Assembly (NCBI GenBank): GCA_965140705.1
Contig: OZ223302.1
Span: forward strand, 352,001 to 416,000
DNA from: an uncultured Arcobacter sp.
Lineage (GTDB): Bacteria > Campylobacterota > Campylobacteria > Campylobacterales > Arcobacteraceae
Length of the DNA stretch: 64,000 bases
Reading direction: 5' to 3'
Part shown: positions 40,605 to 50,170 of the stretch, in pieces
How positions within the stretch are numbered: position 1 is the first letter of the stretch
Layout: every line of letters begins with the position of its first letter
The notes under the pieces: model-generated
Databases searched by the model: none
Seen by the model: the letters and a program-made list of their open reading frames with translations, nothing else
What the model was told of the DNA's origin: nothing
Program-made: the position numbers and the translations under genes

Positions 40605-42494
40605 ATGAATACATACAATTATACATATCAAAATCATTCCTTTAAAAAAGAGATAGATTATTCATTTTTTAAAGACAAAGAAAATATCCTGATACAAGTA
40701 TTTTGTGGGAAAGATCCAAATACTTTAAAATATATTATTAACCTTTTGGCAGATAATATACCACATGCAACTATAATAGGTACAACAACTGATGGGGAAA
40801 TAAAAGACAAAAAAGTATCAACTTTTAAAACTGTTATTTCCATATCAGTTTTTGAAAATACTACTATTAAATCCTCTATAAAAGAAGGAAGTAACTCTTT
40901 TAATAGCGGATATGAAATAGCAAAAGATATAGTAACAGACAATACAAAATTAATCATTACCTTTACAGATGGAACAACTACAAATGGGGAAGACTATTTA
41001 AAAGGAATAACAGCTTTCAATAAATCTATAATGGTAGCTGGTGGAATGGCTGGAGATAATGGTTTATTTAAACAAACTTATGTATCTTGGGGTAGAAAAG
41101 TATTAGCTAATGGTGCTGTTGCCGTATCCTTAAACTCTGATACCCTACTTGTAACAAACGACCATAAATATGACTGGTCTCCAATTGGAATTGAGCATAC
41201 TATTGATAGGGTTAAAGGTAATAGAATTTATGGAATTTCAGGAATGGATGCCATGGAGTTTTATGAGAAGTATCTAGGAAATAGTGATTCTTACACAGAA
41301 TTTCCATTAATAGTTCAAAGAAATGGTATGTCTGTAGCAAGAGCAGTTCTTACAAGATATCCAGATGGGAGTTTTGGGTGTGGAGGTAATTTATATAAAG
41401 GGGATAAGGTAAGATTGGGTTTTGCAAATGCAGAACTTATTATAAAAAATCCAATCCAATATTTAAAAAGTATACATGAATATCCAGCTGAAACCTTCTT
41501 TATATATTCATGTATGGCAAGAAGAAGATATATGCAAAGTCTAATCAAACTTGAGATTGAACCATTTGCTGCTATTGCTCCTACTTCTGGATTCTTTACA
41601 TATGCAGAGTTTTTCCATGAAAATGAAAGAAATGAACTTATGAATCAAACAATTACTCTTGTAGGATTGACTGAAAATATCCATACAGTAAAAAAAGATA
41701 TCCCTAAAATAGAAAAACTAGTAAATCAAAATGAAAGTTCTTATGCAAAAACTATTCAGGCTTTAACAAATCTAATTCAACAAAGTGCAAAAGATCATGA
41801 TGAACAATCAAAAAGACTAGAAGAGCAAATCTCATATTCAGAAAATATACTAAAAAATCAAAAAATGTTCTTAAGACATGCGGTTCACGAAACAAATACT
41901 CCACTATCAGTTATTATGAGTAATATAGAATTACATGAGATGCAATATCAAAAGAGCGAATATCTTTCAAACATTGAAGTTGCCATGAAAAGTATCTTTT
42001 CTATTTATGATGATTTGAGTTACTTAGTAAAAAAAGACCAAGTTGAATACAAAGTTTACTCTCTTGATTTAGTGGATTTTGTTAGAAGTAGAGTATACTT
42101 TTTTAAAAATGTAGCAACACAAGTATCTTCAAAATTTAATTTAGAGTCTAATAGAGATAAGATGATGATTAATTTTAGTGAAACAAAGTTACAAAGAATA
42201 GTTGACAATACTCTGTCAAATGCTATAAAATACACAAATAAAGGCAAAGATATAAATGTAAAAGTTGAAGAAGTAAATAACTATTTAAAATTTACAGTAT
42301 CAAGCAACTCAAAAAAAATACAAGACCCAGAAAAAATATTTCAAGAATATTATAGGGAAGAGAAATCAAAGAATGGTTTTGGATTGGGTTTAAATTTAGT
42401 TAAAAGAATTTGTGATGAGGAAGGTGTTATCATTAAAGTTAATTCTGACGTTGATAGTACTAGTTTTACATATATTTTTAAAGGTCAAAAATGA
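40605..42494 (+). CDS. cytoplasmic FIST-domain sensor histidine kinase
   Basis: IGTTTDGEI, AGGMAGD, YSCMARR and GFFTYAEF FIST motifs; HETNTPL HisKA; NAIKY; GFGLGL; no TM segment. Confidence 0.9.
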   Translation: MNTYNYTYQNHSFKKEIDYSFFKDKENILIQVFCGKDPNTLKYIINLLADNIPHATIIGTTTDGEIKDKKVSTFKTVISISVFENTTIKSSIKEGSNSFNSGYEIAKDIVTDNTKLIITFTDGTTTNGEDYLKGITAFNKSIMVAGGMAGDNGLFKQTYVSWGRKVLANGAVAVSLNSDTLLVTNDHKYDWSPIGIEHTIDRVKGNRIYGISGMDAMEFYEKYLGNSDSYTEFPLIVQRNGMSVARAVLTRYPDGSFGCGGNLYKGDKVRLGFANAELIIKNPIQYLKSIHEYPAETFFIYSCMARRRYMQSLIKLEIEPFAAIAPTSGFFTYAEFFHENERNELMNQTITLVGLTENIHTVKKDIPKIEKLVNQNESSYAKTIQALTNLIQQSAKDHDEQSKRLEEQISYSENILKNQKMFLRHAVHETNTPLSVIMSNIELHEMQYQKSEYLSNIEVAMKSIFSIYDDLSYLVKKDQVEYKVYSLDLVDFVRSRVYFFKNVATQVSSKFNLESNRDKMMINFSETKLQRIVDNTLSNAIKYTNKGKDINVKVEEVNNYLKFTVSSNSKKIQDPEKIFQEYYREEKSKNGFGLGLNLVKRICDEEGVIIKVNSDVDSTSFTYIFKGQK

Positions 42495-43150
42495 AAATAT
42501 TGCTACTTGAAGATGATATTATGCTTAATAAAGCAATCAAGACTTATTTAGAATCAACTGGACATGTAGTTCACTCTGTTATGGATGGTAAACATTGCAT
42601 AGAAACTTTAGAAAAAGATCAATTTGATTTATTAATTTTTGATATAAATGTTCCAGATGTAGATGGACTAACAATATTAGAAGATTTGCATAAACAAAAA
42701 AGAATGGTTCCTACAATCTTTATTTCTGCACTTATTGATATAGAAGATATTACAAGGGCTTTTGATATAGGTTGCCATGATTATTTGAAAAAACCATTTC
42801 ATTTAAAAGAGTTAACATTAAGAATAAACAAATTTTTAAAAACAAATCAAGTTCATCAGCAACACAAAAGATTATCTAAATCATATAGTTATGATTCTAA
42901 AAATATGATTTTATTATTTAACAATGAACCACAAATACTACCTAAAAGACAAATTCAAATAATAGATTTATTAGCTGCAAATAGATCTTTGGTTTGCAAC
43001 TATGATATGTTTAGAGTATATGTTTGGAATGACGATTATATTGATAATGCCACAATAAGAGCAGAAGTAAATCGTGTAAAAAAAGTACTAAAAGAAGATT
43101 TTATTTTAAATATTAGAGGTATTGGTTATATGGTTGAAAGACCAAATTAG
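42491..43150 (+). CDS. OmpR-family response regulator
   Basis: LLLEDD, FDINVP, KPF, RGIGY; start overlaps the FIST kinase stop. Confidence 0.92.
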   Translation: MKILLLEDDIMLNKAIKTYLESTGHVVHSVMDGKHCIETLEKDQFDLLIFDINVPDVDGLTILEDLHKQKRMVPTIFISALIDIEDITRAFDIGCHDYLKKPFHLKELTLRINKFLKTNQVHQQHKRLSKSYSYDSKNMILLFNNEPQILPKRQIQIIDLLAANRSLVCNYDMFRVYVWNDDYIDNATIRAEVNRVKKVLKEDFILNIRGIGYMVERPN

Positions 43151-43281
43151 GCACCTCTAACCTAATATTAACACTATTAGACTAATAAATAAGCACTATC
43201 AAACAACTATTTAAGCAAAAAAAAAGAAGAACTATTTTTTTTAAAACCCTAGAATATGAAAAACTTAAATAGGGAAGAATT

Positions 43282-44733
43282 ATGTCAAAAAAAATTTCTA
43301 AAGTCCTAGTAGCAAATAGAGGGGAAATAGCTCTTAGAATAATAAGAGCATGTAAAGAATTAGATATTAAAAGTGTTGCAATATTTTCAGAAGTAGATAT
43401 TGAGGGTATTTGGGTAAAAAAAGCTGATGAGTGTTATCCTTTATTAGGGGATCCTTTAGATGCATATTTAAATTATGAAAAAATCATATCTCTTGCTTTA
43501 AAAGCTGAGTGTGATGCTATTCACCCTGGTTATGGATTTTTAAGTGAGAGTGCAGAATTTGCAGAAGCATGTGAAAAAGCTGGTATCATTTTCGTAGGTC
43601 CAAAAGCTGAACATATAGCACTTTTTGGAGATAAGATGGCTTCAAAGGTTGCAATGAAAAAAATTGGAGTTCCTGTATTAGAAGGAACAAGTACTCCAAT
43701 TGTTGATGTAAAAGAGGGTGAAAAAATCTCAAGGGAAATTGGTTTTCCAATTATCATCAAAGCAGCTTTTGGTGGTGGTGGAAGAGGAATGAGAATAGTT
43801 AAAGAAGAAAAAGACTTTAAAGCTATGTTCGAAGCAGCAACTGCAGAAGCTAAAAAATTCTTTGGAAAAGGTGATGCCTTTATTGAAAAATATGTGGAAA
43901 ACCCAAGACATATTGAAGTTCAAGTTATAGCTGATAAATATGGAAATGTTCTTCACTTAGGTGAAAGAGATTGTTCTATTCAAAGAAGACACCAAAAAGT
44001 AATAGAAATAGCTCCAAGTCCTAGATTAAATGAAAATGTAAGAAGAGAGTTATATAGAGTTTCAACAAAAGCCATGTTCAAATTGGGTTATGAAAGTGTT
44101 GGAACAATTGAGTTTTTAGTTGATGCCCAAGACAATATTTATTTTATTGAGATGAATACAAGAGTTCAAGTAGAACATCCAGTAACTGAACTTATAACTG
44201 GTGTTGATATTATTCAAAGAATGATAGAGATAGCAGAAGGTGATAAACTTCAATTTTTACAAGAAGAGATAAACTTTAGAGGATATGCAATAGAGTTTAG
44301 AATTAATGCAGAAGATCCAAAGAAAAAATTCATGCCAGCATCTGGAACTATCAGCAAATACTTAACTCCAGGAGGACCAGGAGTTAGAATTGATACAAGT
44401 GTTTACACAGGTTATAAAATTCCACCAAACTATGATTCAATGGTAGGGAAACTTATTGTTTGGGCACTTGATTGGGATGGTGCTGTTAGAAAAGCAAGAC
44501 GGGCTTTAGATGAGTTTTATATAGAAGGACTACCTACAAATATTCCTTTACATAGAGAAATCGTGAGAGATGAAGATTTTATTGAAGGAAAACTTGATAC
44601 TAGTTATTTGGATAAAAAATTAGAGAAATTTAATATGGATGCAATTGACCATATTGAAGAAGAAGAGACAAAAATGAAAAATATAACTAAGTTAATAGAG
44701 CAAATTAAGAAAAATAAACTAAATGTAAGATAA
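43282..44733 (+). CDS. biotin carboxylase subunit (AccC/PycA type)
   Basis: ANRGEIA, HPGYGFLSE, GGGGRG, ERDCSIQRRHQK, EMNTRVQVEH, YDSM. Confidence 0.93.
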   Translation: MSKKISKVLVANRGEIALRIIRACKELDIKSVAIFSEVDIEGIWVKKADECYPLLGDPLDAYLNYEKIISLALKAECDAIHPGYGFLSESAEFAEACEKAGIIFVGPKAEHIALFGDKMASKVAMKKIGVPVLEGTSTPIVDVKEGEKISREIGFPIIIKAAFGGGGRGMRIVKEEKDFKAMFEAATAEAKKFFGKGDAFIEKYVENPRHIEVQVIADKYGNVLHLGERDCSIQRRHQKVIEIAPSPRLNENVRRELYRVSTKAMFKLGYESVGTIEFLVDAQDNIYFIEMNTRVQVEHPVTELITGVDIIQRMIEIAEGDKLQFLQEEINFRGYAIEFRINAEDPKKKFMPASGTISKYLTPGGPGVRIDTSVYTGYKIPPNYDSMVGKLIVWALDWDGAVRKARRALDEFYIEGLPTNIPLHREIVRDEDFIEGKLDTSYLDKKLEKFNMDAIDHIEEEETKMKNITKLIEQIKKNKLNVR

Positions 44734-44749
44734 TCTCTTACATTTAGTT
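44717..44749. terminator. bidirectional hairpin between convergent biotin carboxylase and pqqE
   Basis: aactaaatgtaaga-taatc-tcttacatttagtt, a perfect 14-bp stem overlapping both gene ends. Confidence 0.6.
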
Positions 44750-45854
44750 AAGCTTCATTTATCAAAGCCAAAGAGTTTTGTTTATTTCTATAAACTGGTT
44801 CGCTTGTAGATTTTAAAGCAGTTTGTACTTTATCCAAAACAACTTTGTGGTAAGAAGATTTATCACAAACAGGATCAGCTTCATTCATATCTTTTGTAAG
44901 TGCATATGCTTGACATCTACAACCTCCAAAATCAGTCTCTTTTTCAGGACAAGTTCTACAAGGCTCTTTCATCCACTTATCACCCCTAAAAAAGTTAAAT
45001 GCTTCAGAATCATTCCATATTTCTTTTACTGAAAAATCTTTTACATTTGGAAATTCCAAGGGTAAAGTATTTGCCGTATTACATGGAAGGGCAACCCCAT
45101 CTGGATTGATAGTTAAAAAAGTAGTTCCCCAGCCATTCATACAAGCTTTTGGTCTAGTTGCAAAATAATCAGGTACCACAAAAAATACCTTCATATCATC
45201 TCTTTTTTCCCTATAAAAATCCACCTCTTCTTTTGCTTTTTTTAGTTGCTCTTCTGTTGGTAAAAGAGCATCAATATTTTTTAAAGCCCAACCATAATAT
45301 TGTATATTTGCTATTTCTAAATAGTTTGCTCCAATAGAGTTTGCAAACTCAATGATTTCACCTACTTGGTGAATATTTTGTCGCGTAATACACGAATTAA
45401 CAATAAGTTGCAAACCATTCTCTTTGCAAGCTTTTGCAAAGGCTAATTTATCCCTTTGCGCATTTTTATTATTTGTAATTAGTGCTGTTGTTTTCGCATC
45501 ATGTGATTGGATTCCAAGTTGAACTGTTTTTAATCCAGCCTCTTTTAATTTTGGAATTATAGATAAATCAGCTCCCACACCAGAAGTTATAAGATTAGTA
45601 TAAAACTTCAAATCTGCTGCTTTTTTAACTATTTCCAAAATATCTTTATTTAGAAGTGGTTCACCACCTGAAAAGCCCAATTGAACAGCTCCCATTGCCC
45701 TTGCCTCTTCCATAACTCTAAACCAGTCTTCTTTTGTCATACTATCTTTTGTATTTGCAAAATCAAGTTGGTTATAACAATATGTACACTCCAAAGGACA
45801 CTTATGAGTTAACTCTAAAAGCATCCAAAGTGGTGGTTTAATATCATTTTGCAT
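44748..45854 (-). CDS. pqqE: PQQ biosynthesis radical SAM protein PqqE
   Basis: ELTHKCPLECTYC (CxxxCxxC), QYYGWA, CMNGWG, SPASM DFGGCRCQA. Confidence 0.96.
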   Translation of the reverse strand: MQNDIKPPLWMLLELTHKCPLECTYCYNQLDFANTKDSMTKEDWFRVMEEARAMGAVQLGFSGGEPLLNKDILEIVKKAADLKFYTNLITSGVGADLSIIPKLKEAGLKTVQLGIQSHDAKTTALITNNKNAQRDKLAFAKACKENGLQLIVNSCITRQNIHQVGEIIEFANSIGANYLEIANIQYYGWALKNIDALLPTEEQLKKAKEEVDFYREKRDDMKVFFVVPDYFATRPKACMNGWGTTFLTINPDGVALPCNTANTLPLEFPNVKDFSVKEIWNDSEAFNFFRGDKWMKEPCRTCPEKETDFGGCRCQAYALTKDMNEADPVCDKSSYHKVVLDKVQTALKSTSEPVYRNKQNSLALINEA

Positions 45855-46113
45855 ACATCACCCACTTACGCTCTAAAGCCTCTTTTAAAAAAGCTTCCAC
45901 ATCTTTTTTTAAATCAGGCATTTGAAATTTCTCTTCTAAGATTTTTGAAATATCTAAACAGCTTTTTTTACCATCACATAAATTCATTATCTCACCAGCA
46001 CTTTGATTTAACTGCACCATTCCTTCAGGATACAATAGTACAAAACACCCTTGTGCCTCTTCATACTGCAATTGGAAATGATCATTCACTGCAATTGATT
46101 TTTCTAGTTGCAT
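45844..46113 (-). CDS. pqqD: PqqA-binding chaperone PqqD
   Basis: [21 protein letters not shown]. Confidence 0.95.
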   Translation of the reverse strand: MQLEKSIAVNDHFQLQYEEAQGCFVLLYPEGMVQLNQSAGEIMNLCDGKKSCLDISKILEEKFQMPDLKKDVEAFLKEALERKWVMYAK

Positions 46114-46837
46114 TACATCCCTTTATATTAAAATATGGTGGTCGCTTAAGTTCATATGCCAAATATAAAGCATCACACATAGTCCAAAGAATATCTAATT
46201 TAAACTGTAAAATTTCACATGCCTTTTTTTGTAACTCAATAGTATTAAACTCTTCAAGTGTCAAAGCCAAACCATGTTGAACATCACGTCTAGCTTCACT
46301 CAATCTTTTTTGAAAATATCTCAATCCATTTTGCTCAATCCAAGGATAGTTTTTAGGCCAAGTATCTAGTCTTTGTTGGTGAATTTGAGGTGCAAACATC
46401 TCCGTTAAAGATGACATTGCAGCCTCTTTCCATGGTCTTTGTTTTGCAAAATTCACATAAGCATCAACTGCAAATTTAACTGCTGGTAATACATATTTGT
46501 GAGAAATTAAATCTTCCTTTTTAAGGCCTACTGCTTCACCAAGTTCCAACCAAGCTTCAATTCCTCCACCAACACTATCATGATCAATAATTCTATCTAT
46601 CCACTTTCTTCTATCTTCTAGTGGTGGATTATTTGACATAATTGCAGCATCTTTAATTGGAATTGCTGTTTGATAATAAAATCTATTTGCAACCCAACCT
46701 TGAATCTCCTCTTTAGTACAAGACCCCTCATACATTCTTATATGAAAAGGATGATGAATATGATACATCTTACCCATACCTCTTAGTTTTGCTTCAAACT
46801 CTTCTTTTGATAATAATTGTTCCATTTTTTTTGTCAT
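46082..46837 (-). CDS. pqqC: pyrroloquinoline-quinone synthase PqqC
   Basis: [40 protein letters not shown]. Confidence 0.96.
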   Translation of the reverse strand: MTKKMEQLLSKEEFEAKLRGMGKMYHIHHPFHIRMYEGSCTKEEIQGWVANRFYYQTAIPIKDAAIMSNNPPLEDRRKWIDRIIDHDSVGGGIEAWLELGEAVGLKKEDLISHKYVLPAVKFAVDAYVNFAKQRPWKEAAMSSLTEMFAPQIHQQRLDTWPKNYPWIEQNGLRYFQKRLSEARRDVQHGLALTLEEFNTIELQKKACEILQFKLDILWTMCDALYLAYELKRPPYFNIKGCNATRKINCSE

Positions 46838-46849
46838 TTTCTTCTCCTC

Positions 46850-47146
46850 TTATAAATTAACTTTTTCTAATTTTTGTATATCTAAAAGTTCTAATTTACC
46901 ATCTACAGATTGAGCAAATTTCAAAAAATGTTCTTTTTTCATATGCTCATCTAAAAGTTTTGCATTTTGCCAAGTTTCTACAAAAGTAAAACTATTTTCA
47001 TCATCTAAATTTTTGTGCAAATCATATTGAATATAGCCCTCATCATGTTTATGAGTTGCTTCATATAATTTTAAAAGTTCAGAATAAACTTCATCTTTAA
47101 ATCCAGCTTTTACTTTAACTGTTGCTACAATTACTATATTTTTCAT
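46850..47146 (-). CDS. ABM / putative quinol monooxygenase family protein
   Basis: DEGYIQYDLH..FTFVETW..HMKKEHF pattern of the dimeric alpha-beta barrel family. Confidence 0.8.
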   Translation of the reverse strand: MKNIVIVATVKVKAGFKDEVYSELLKLYEATHKHDEGYIQYDLHKNLDDENSFTFVETWQNAKLLDEHMKKEHFLKFAQSVDGKLELLDIQKLEKVNL

Positions 47147-47171
47147 GATATTTCCTTTTTTTCTTCTTTTA

Positions 47172-48086
47172 CTAAATCTCTATACTCATACCATCGTAGG
47201 ACACTTCAATTCCATGGGAAATAAGTTCCTTGTACTCATCATTTTCTTCATCAAGTATTGGATTTGTATTATTTATATGTATTAATATTTTTCTTGGTTT
47301 TTCCAAAGTATCAAGTATCTTAATAAGTCCCTCTCCACCACTTAAAGGGATATGTCCCATATCTGTTCCAAGTTTTGTAGAGAAACCATTTTTTATCATT
47401 TCATCATTTGTCCATACGGTTCCATCCACAAGTAAAATATCTGCATCTTTCATCTCATTTATAATATGTTTTTCTACAACACCTAATCCAGGAAGATAAA
47501 AAAGTTTTTTACCAGTGATTTTATTTCTAATCACAATACCAATATTATCCCCTGCTCTTGGTTTATCTCTATATTTAGAATATGGAGGTGCATTTGAGAT
47601 AAGAGGAAGTGCAAAAAACTCATAACTTGGCATTACTGGTATTTCAAAGCTTTTATTATTTGGAGTGATTTCATTATATTTAATTCCTCCACCATCCCAA
47701 TGTGTCAACATCTTAAAAAGTGGAAAGGAAGTATTTAGTTCTTCATGAACCTCTTTTGTGCAATATACTTCATGGGGACAACCTTCCCTTAACATCAAAA
47801 GACCAGTTGTATGATCTATTTGGGCATCAATAAAAATGATTGCTTTTATTTTAGTTTCACGTCTTTCCTGCGGTTGTAAAAAGGGTGAATTATGTATTTG
47901 TTCTAAAATATCAGGTGAAGTATTAAATAAAACCCAATTTTTACCATCTTCACTAATAGTAATTGAACTTTGAGTTCTTCTTTTAACTGTTTTTTTGCCT
48001 TCTCTATATGCTTTACAATTATCACAATTACAGTTAAACTGAGGAAGTCCTCCACCAGCACTTGAACCTAAAACTTCTATTTTCAT
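47172..48086 (-). CDS. pqqB: PQQ biosynthesis protein PqqB
   Basis: LGSSAGGGLPQFNCNC, RTQSS, DHTTGLL, MGH, HINNTNP. Confidence 0.96.
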   Translation of the reverse strand: MKIEVLGSSAGGGLPQFNCNCDNCKAYREGKKTVKRRTQSSITISEDGKNWVLFNTSPDILEQIHNSPFLQPQERRETKIKAIIFIDAQIDHTTGLLMLREGCPHEVYCTKEVHEELNTSFPLFKMLTHWDGGGIKYNEITPNNKSFEIPVMPSYEFFALPLISNAPPYSKYRDKPRAGDNIGIVIRNKITGKKLFYLPGLGVVEKHIINEMKDADILLVDGTVWTNDEMIKNGFSTKLGTDMGHIPLSGGEGLIKILDTLEKPRKILIHINNTNPILDEENDEYKELISHGIEVSYDGMSIEI

Positions 48087-48145
48087 AATAATCCTAACTC
48101 TTTTTTTAATTGAATTTATCTATTATAAACTCAAGTAAAAAAAAT

Positions 48146-48174
48146 AAAAGCTAGAGAAAACCTCCCTAGCTTTT
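48146..48174 (-). terminator. hairpin between pqqA and pqqB
   Basis: aaaagctag-agaaaacctcc-ctagctttt followed by a U-tract on the - strand. Confidence 0.7.
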
Positions 48175-48194
48175 AACTTTACATTTGAAAAGTT

Positions 48195-48269
48195 TTATTC
48201 ATGACAAATATACATTGTCACTTCAAAACCAAATCTATTATCAACGAACATTGGTGTTTCCCATTTCAT
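48195..48269 (-). CDS. pqqA: PQQ precursor peptide PqqA (24 aa)
   Basis: Manual translation MKWETPMFVDNRFGFEVTMYICHE* with the ExxxY core; AGGAGG SD; not in the ORF track. Confidence 0.97.
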   Translation of the reverse strand: MKWETPMFVDNRFGFEVTMYICHE

Positions 48270-48294
48270 AATATTATCCTCCTTTTCAAGATTT

Positions 48295-50088
48295 TTATTT
48301 GTGTAATTTAAATACTATTACTGTTCCACCTTGGTTGATGTTTTTAATTGTTTTTGCAACTTCACCACCCCATAAAGGAACAGCTCCACCCCAACCAGAT
48401 ACTATAGCAATATATTGTTCACCATTTTCTTCCCAAGTAACTGGAGAAGATACGATTCCAGACCCTGCATTAAATTTATATAAAACTTTTCCTGTTTCAT
48501 CATCAAATGCCATAAATTTACCCTCAGGAGTACCTGTAAATACTAAACCACCTGCAGTTGATAATGTTCCTGCCCATAATGGAGCTTTATTTTTGAATTC
48601 CCATTTAATTTTTCCAGTCATTGGATCAATAGCTTTTAATGAACCAATATGATCTTTAAAAATTGGTTTAATTGTAAATCCAGCACCTAAATATGCAGCA
48701 CCTTTTTTATAAGAAACTGGTTGATTCCAAATTTCCATACCCCATTCATTTGATGGAACATAGAACATTTTTGTTTTTTTAGAATAAGTAATTGGCATCC
48801 AGTTTTTTCCACCTAAGAATGATGGTACATTAAATACAGCTTTCCCTTTTGTTCCACCATTTGGATCACCAGGTCTACTATCTTCGTTGTAAATTGGTCT
48901 ACCGTTTTTATCAATTCCTTTTGCCCAAGTAATATTTTTAACAAATGGATGTGCAGTAACAAATTTACCATTTTCTCTATTTAATACATAGAAGAAACCA
49001 TTTCTATCAGCAGTTCCTGCTAATTTTTCAACTTTACCGTCTTTATTAGTATAATCAAATGAAACTAATTCATTTACACCATCAAAATCCCATCCATCAT
49101 GTGGAGTAGTTTGGAAATGCCAAACGATTTTTCCAGTATCTGGATTTATAGCTAATCTTGATGAAGAGTATAAGTTATCCCCTGGTCTTAAATGTGAATT
49201 CCATGGAGCTGGATTTCCTGTACCAAAGTATAAAAGATTAGTTTCTGGATCATAAGTTCCACCAAGCCAAGTTGCAGCTCCACCTGTTTTCCACATATCT
49301 CCAGGCCAAGTTTTACCAGCTTCTCCCCCAGTAATTCCATTTGGCTTACCATTTAAGTATCCCATATTTCCTTCAACTGTTGGTCTAGACCAAATAACTG
49401 CTCCATTTTTTGGATTTCTAGCTTCAACTTTACCTACAATACCAAATTCACCACCAGCAACACCAGTGATAACCATATCTTTTACAATAATTGGTGCAGC
49501 AGTAATTGAATATCCATCTTTATAATTAGCTACTCTTTTTTTCCATACTACTTTTCCAGTTTTTCTGTTAAGTGCAACTAGTTTTGCATCCAATGTACCA
49601 AAAATTACTAGATTGTCATAAATTGCCACCCCTCTATTTATAACATCACAACATGGTAAAATTGCATCAGGTAATCTTGCATTATATTGCCACAGTTCAT
49701 CTCCTGTTGCTAAGTTTATAGCAAACACTCTTGAATAAGATGCTGATACATACATAACACCATCTTTTATAATTGGTTGAGATTCTTGACCTCTTTGTTT
49801 TTCACCACCAAAAGAGAAATTCCATACAGGAACTAAATCTTTTACTGTATCTTTATTGATTTGAGTTAGAGGTGAGTATCTTTGACCTTTAAGACCCATT
49901 CCATAAGTTAATACATCCCCTGTTGATTTCTCATCATTTAGGATTTCCTTATTAGTTACAGGTGCATATGATGGTTTTGTAACCTCACTTGTGCTACCAT
50001 TCATAGTGCTGTTCGAAGTAACGCATCCGCTAATTAGTGCAGCTAGTGTAACGGCAACTGCGCTAGTTAGTAGTTTCTTCTTAATCAT
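48295..50088 (-). CDS. PQQ-dependent alcohol dehydrogenase, lanthanide-type (PedH/ExaF-like), predicted lipoprotein
   Basis: [14 protein letters not shown] vicinal Cys, [19 protein letters not shown] (D-x-D), [12 protein letters not shown]; lipobox ISGC. Confidence 0.92.
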   Translation of the reverse strand: MIKKKLLTSAVAVTLAALISGCVTSNSTMNGSTSEVTKPSYAPVTNKEILNDEKSTGDVLTYGMGLKGQRYSPLTQINKDTVKDLVPVWNFSFGGEKQRGQESQPIIKDGVMYVSASYSRVFAINLATGDELWQYNARLPDAILPCCDVINRGVAIYDNLVIFGTLDAKLVALNRKTGKVVWKKRVANYKDGYSITAAPIIVKDMVITGVAGGEFGIVGKVEARNPKNGAVIWSRPTVEGNMGYLNGKPNGITGGEAGKTWPGDMWKTGGAATWLGGTYDPETNLLYFGTGNPAPWNSHLRPGDNLYSSSRLAINPDTGKIVWHFQTTPHDGWDFDGVNELVSFDYTNKDGKVEKLAGTADRNGFFYVLNRENGKFVTAHPFVKNITWAKGIDKNGRPIYNEDSRPGDPNGGTKGKAVFNVPSFLGGKNWMPITYSKKTKMFYVPSNEWGMEIWNQPVSYKKGAAYLGAGFTIKPIFKDHIGSLKAIDPMTGKIKWEFKNKAPLWAGTLSTAGGLVFTGTPEGKFMAFDDETGKVLYKFNAGSGIVSSPVTWEENGEQYIAIVSGWGGAVPLWGGEVAKTIKNINQGGTVIVFKLHK

Positions 50089-50138
50089 CTTTTTCTCCTT
50101 TTTTCATTTATAACAAACTGAAAATTTGTCTGATTGAA

Positions 50139-50170
50139 AGTATACATGAGTTGTATAGCTTCAGTTTAGC
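50139..50170 (-). promoter_or_regulatory. ADH-pqqA promoter with direct-repeat box
   Basis: - strand: GCTAAA-CTGAA-GCTATA-N9-TATACT; overlaps the upstream permease stop codon. Confidence 0.75.

Noticed and set aside
48295..50088. XoxF/MxaF methanol dehydrogenase or quinohemoprotein ADH
   Set aside because: Motifs ([24 protein letters not shown]) are of the ExaA/PedH type; no C-terminal CxxCH; no mxaI.
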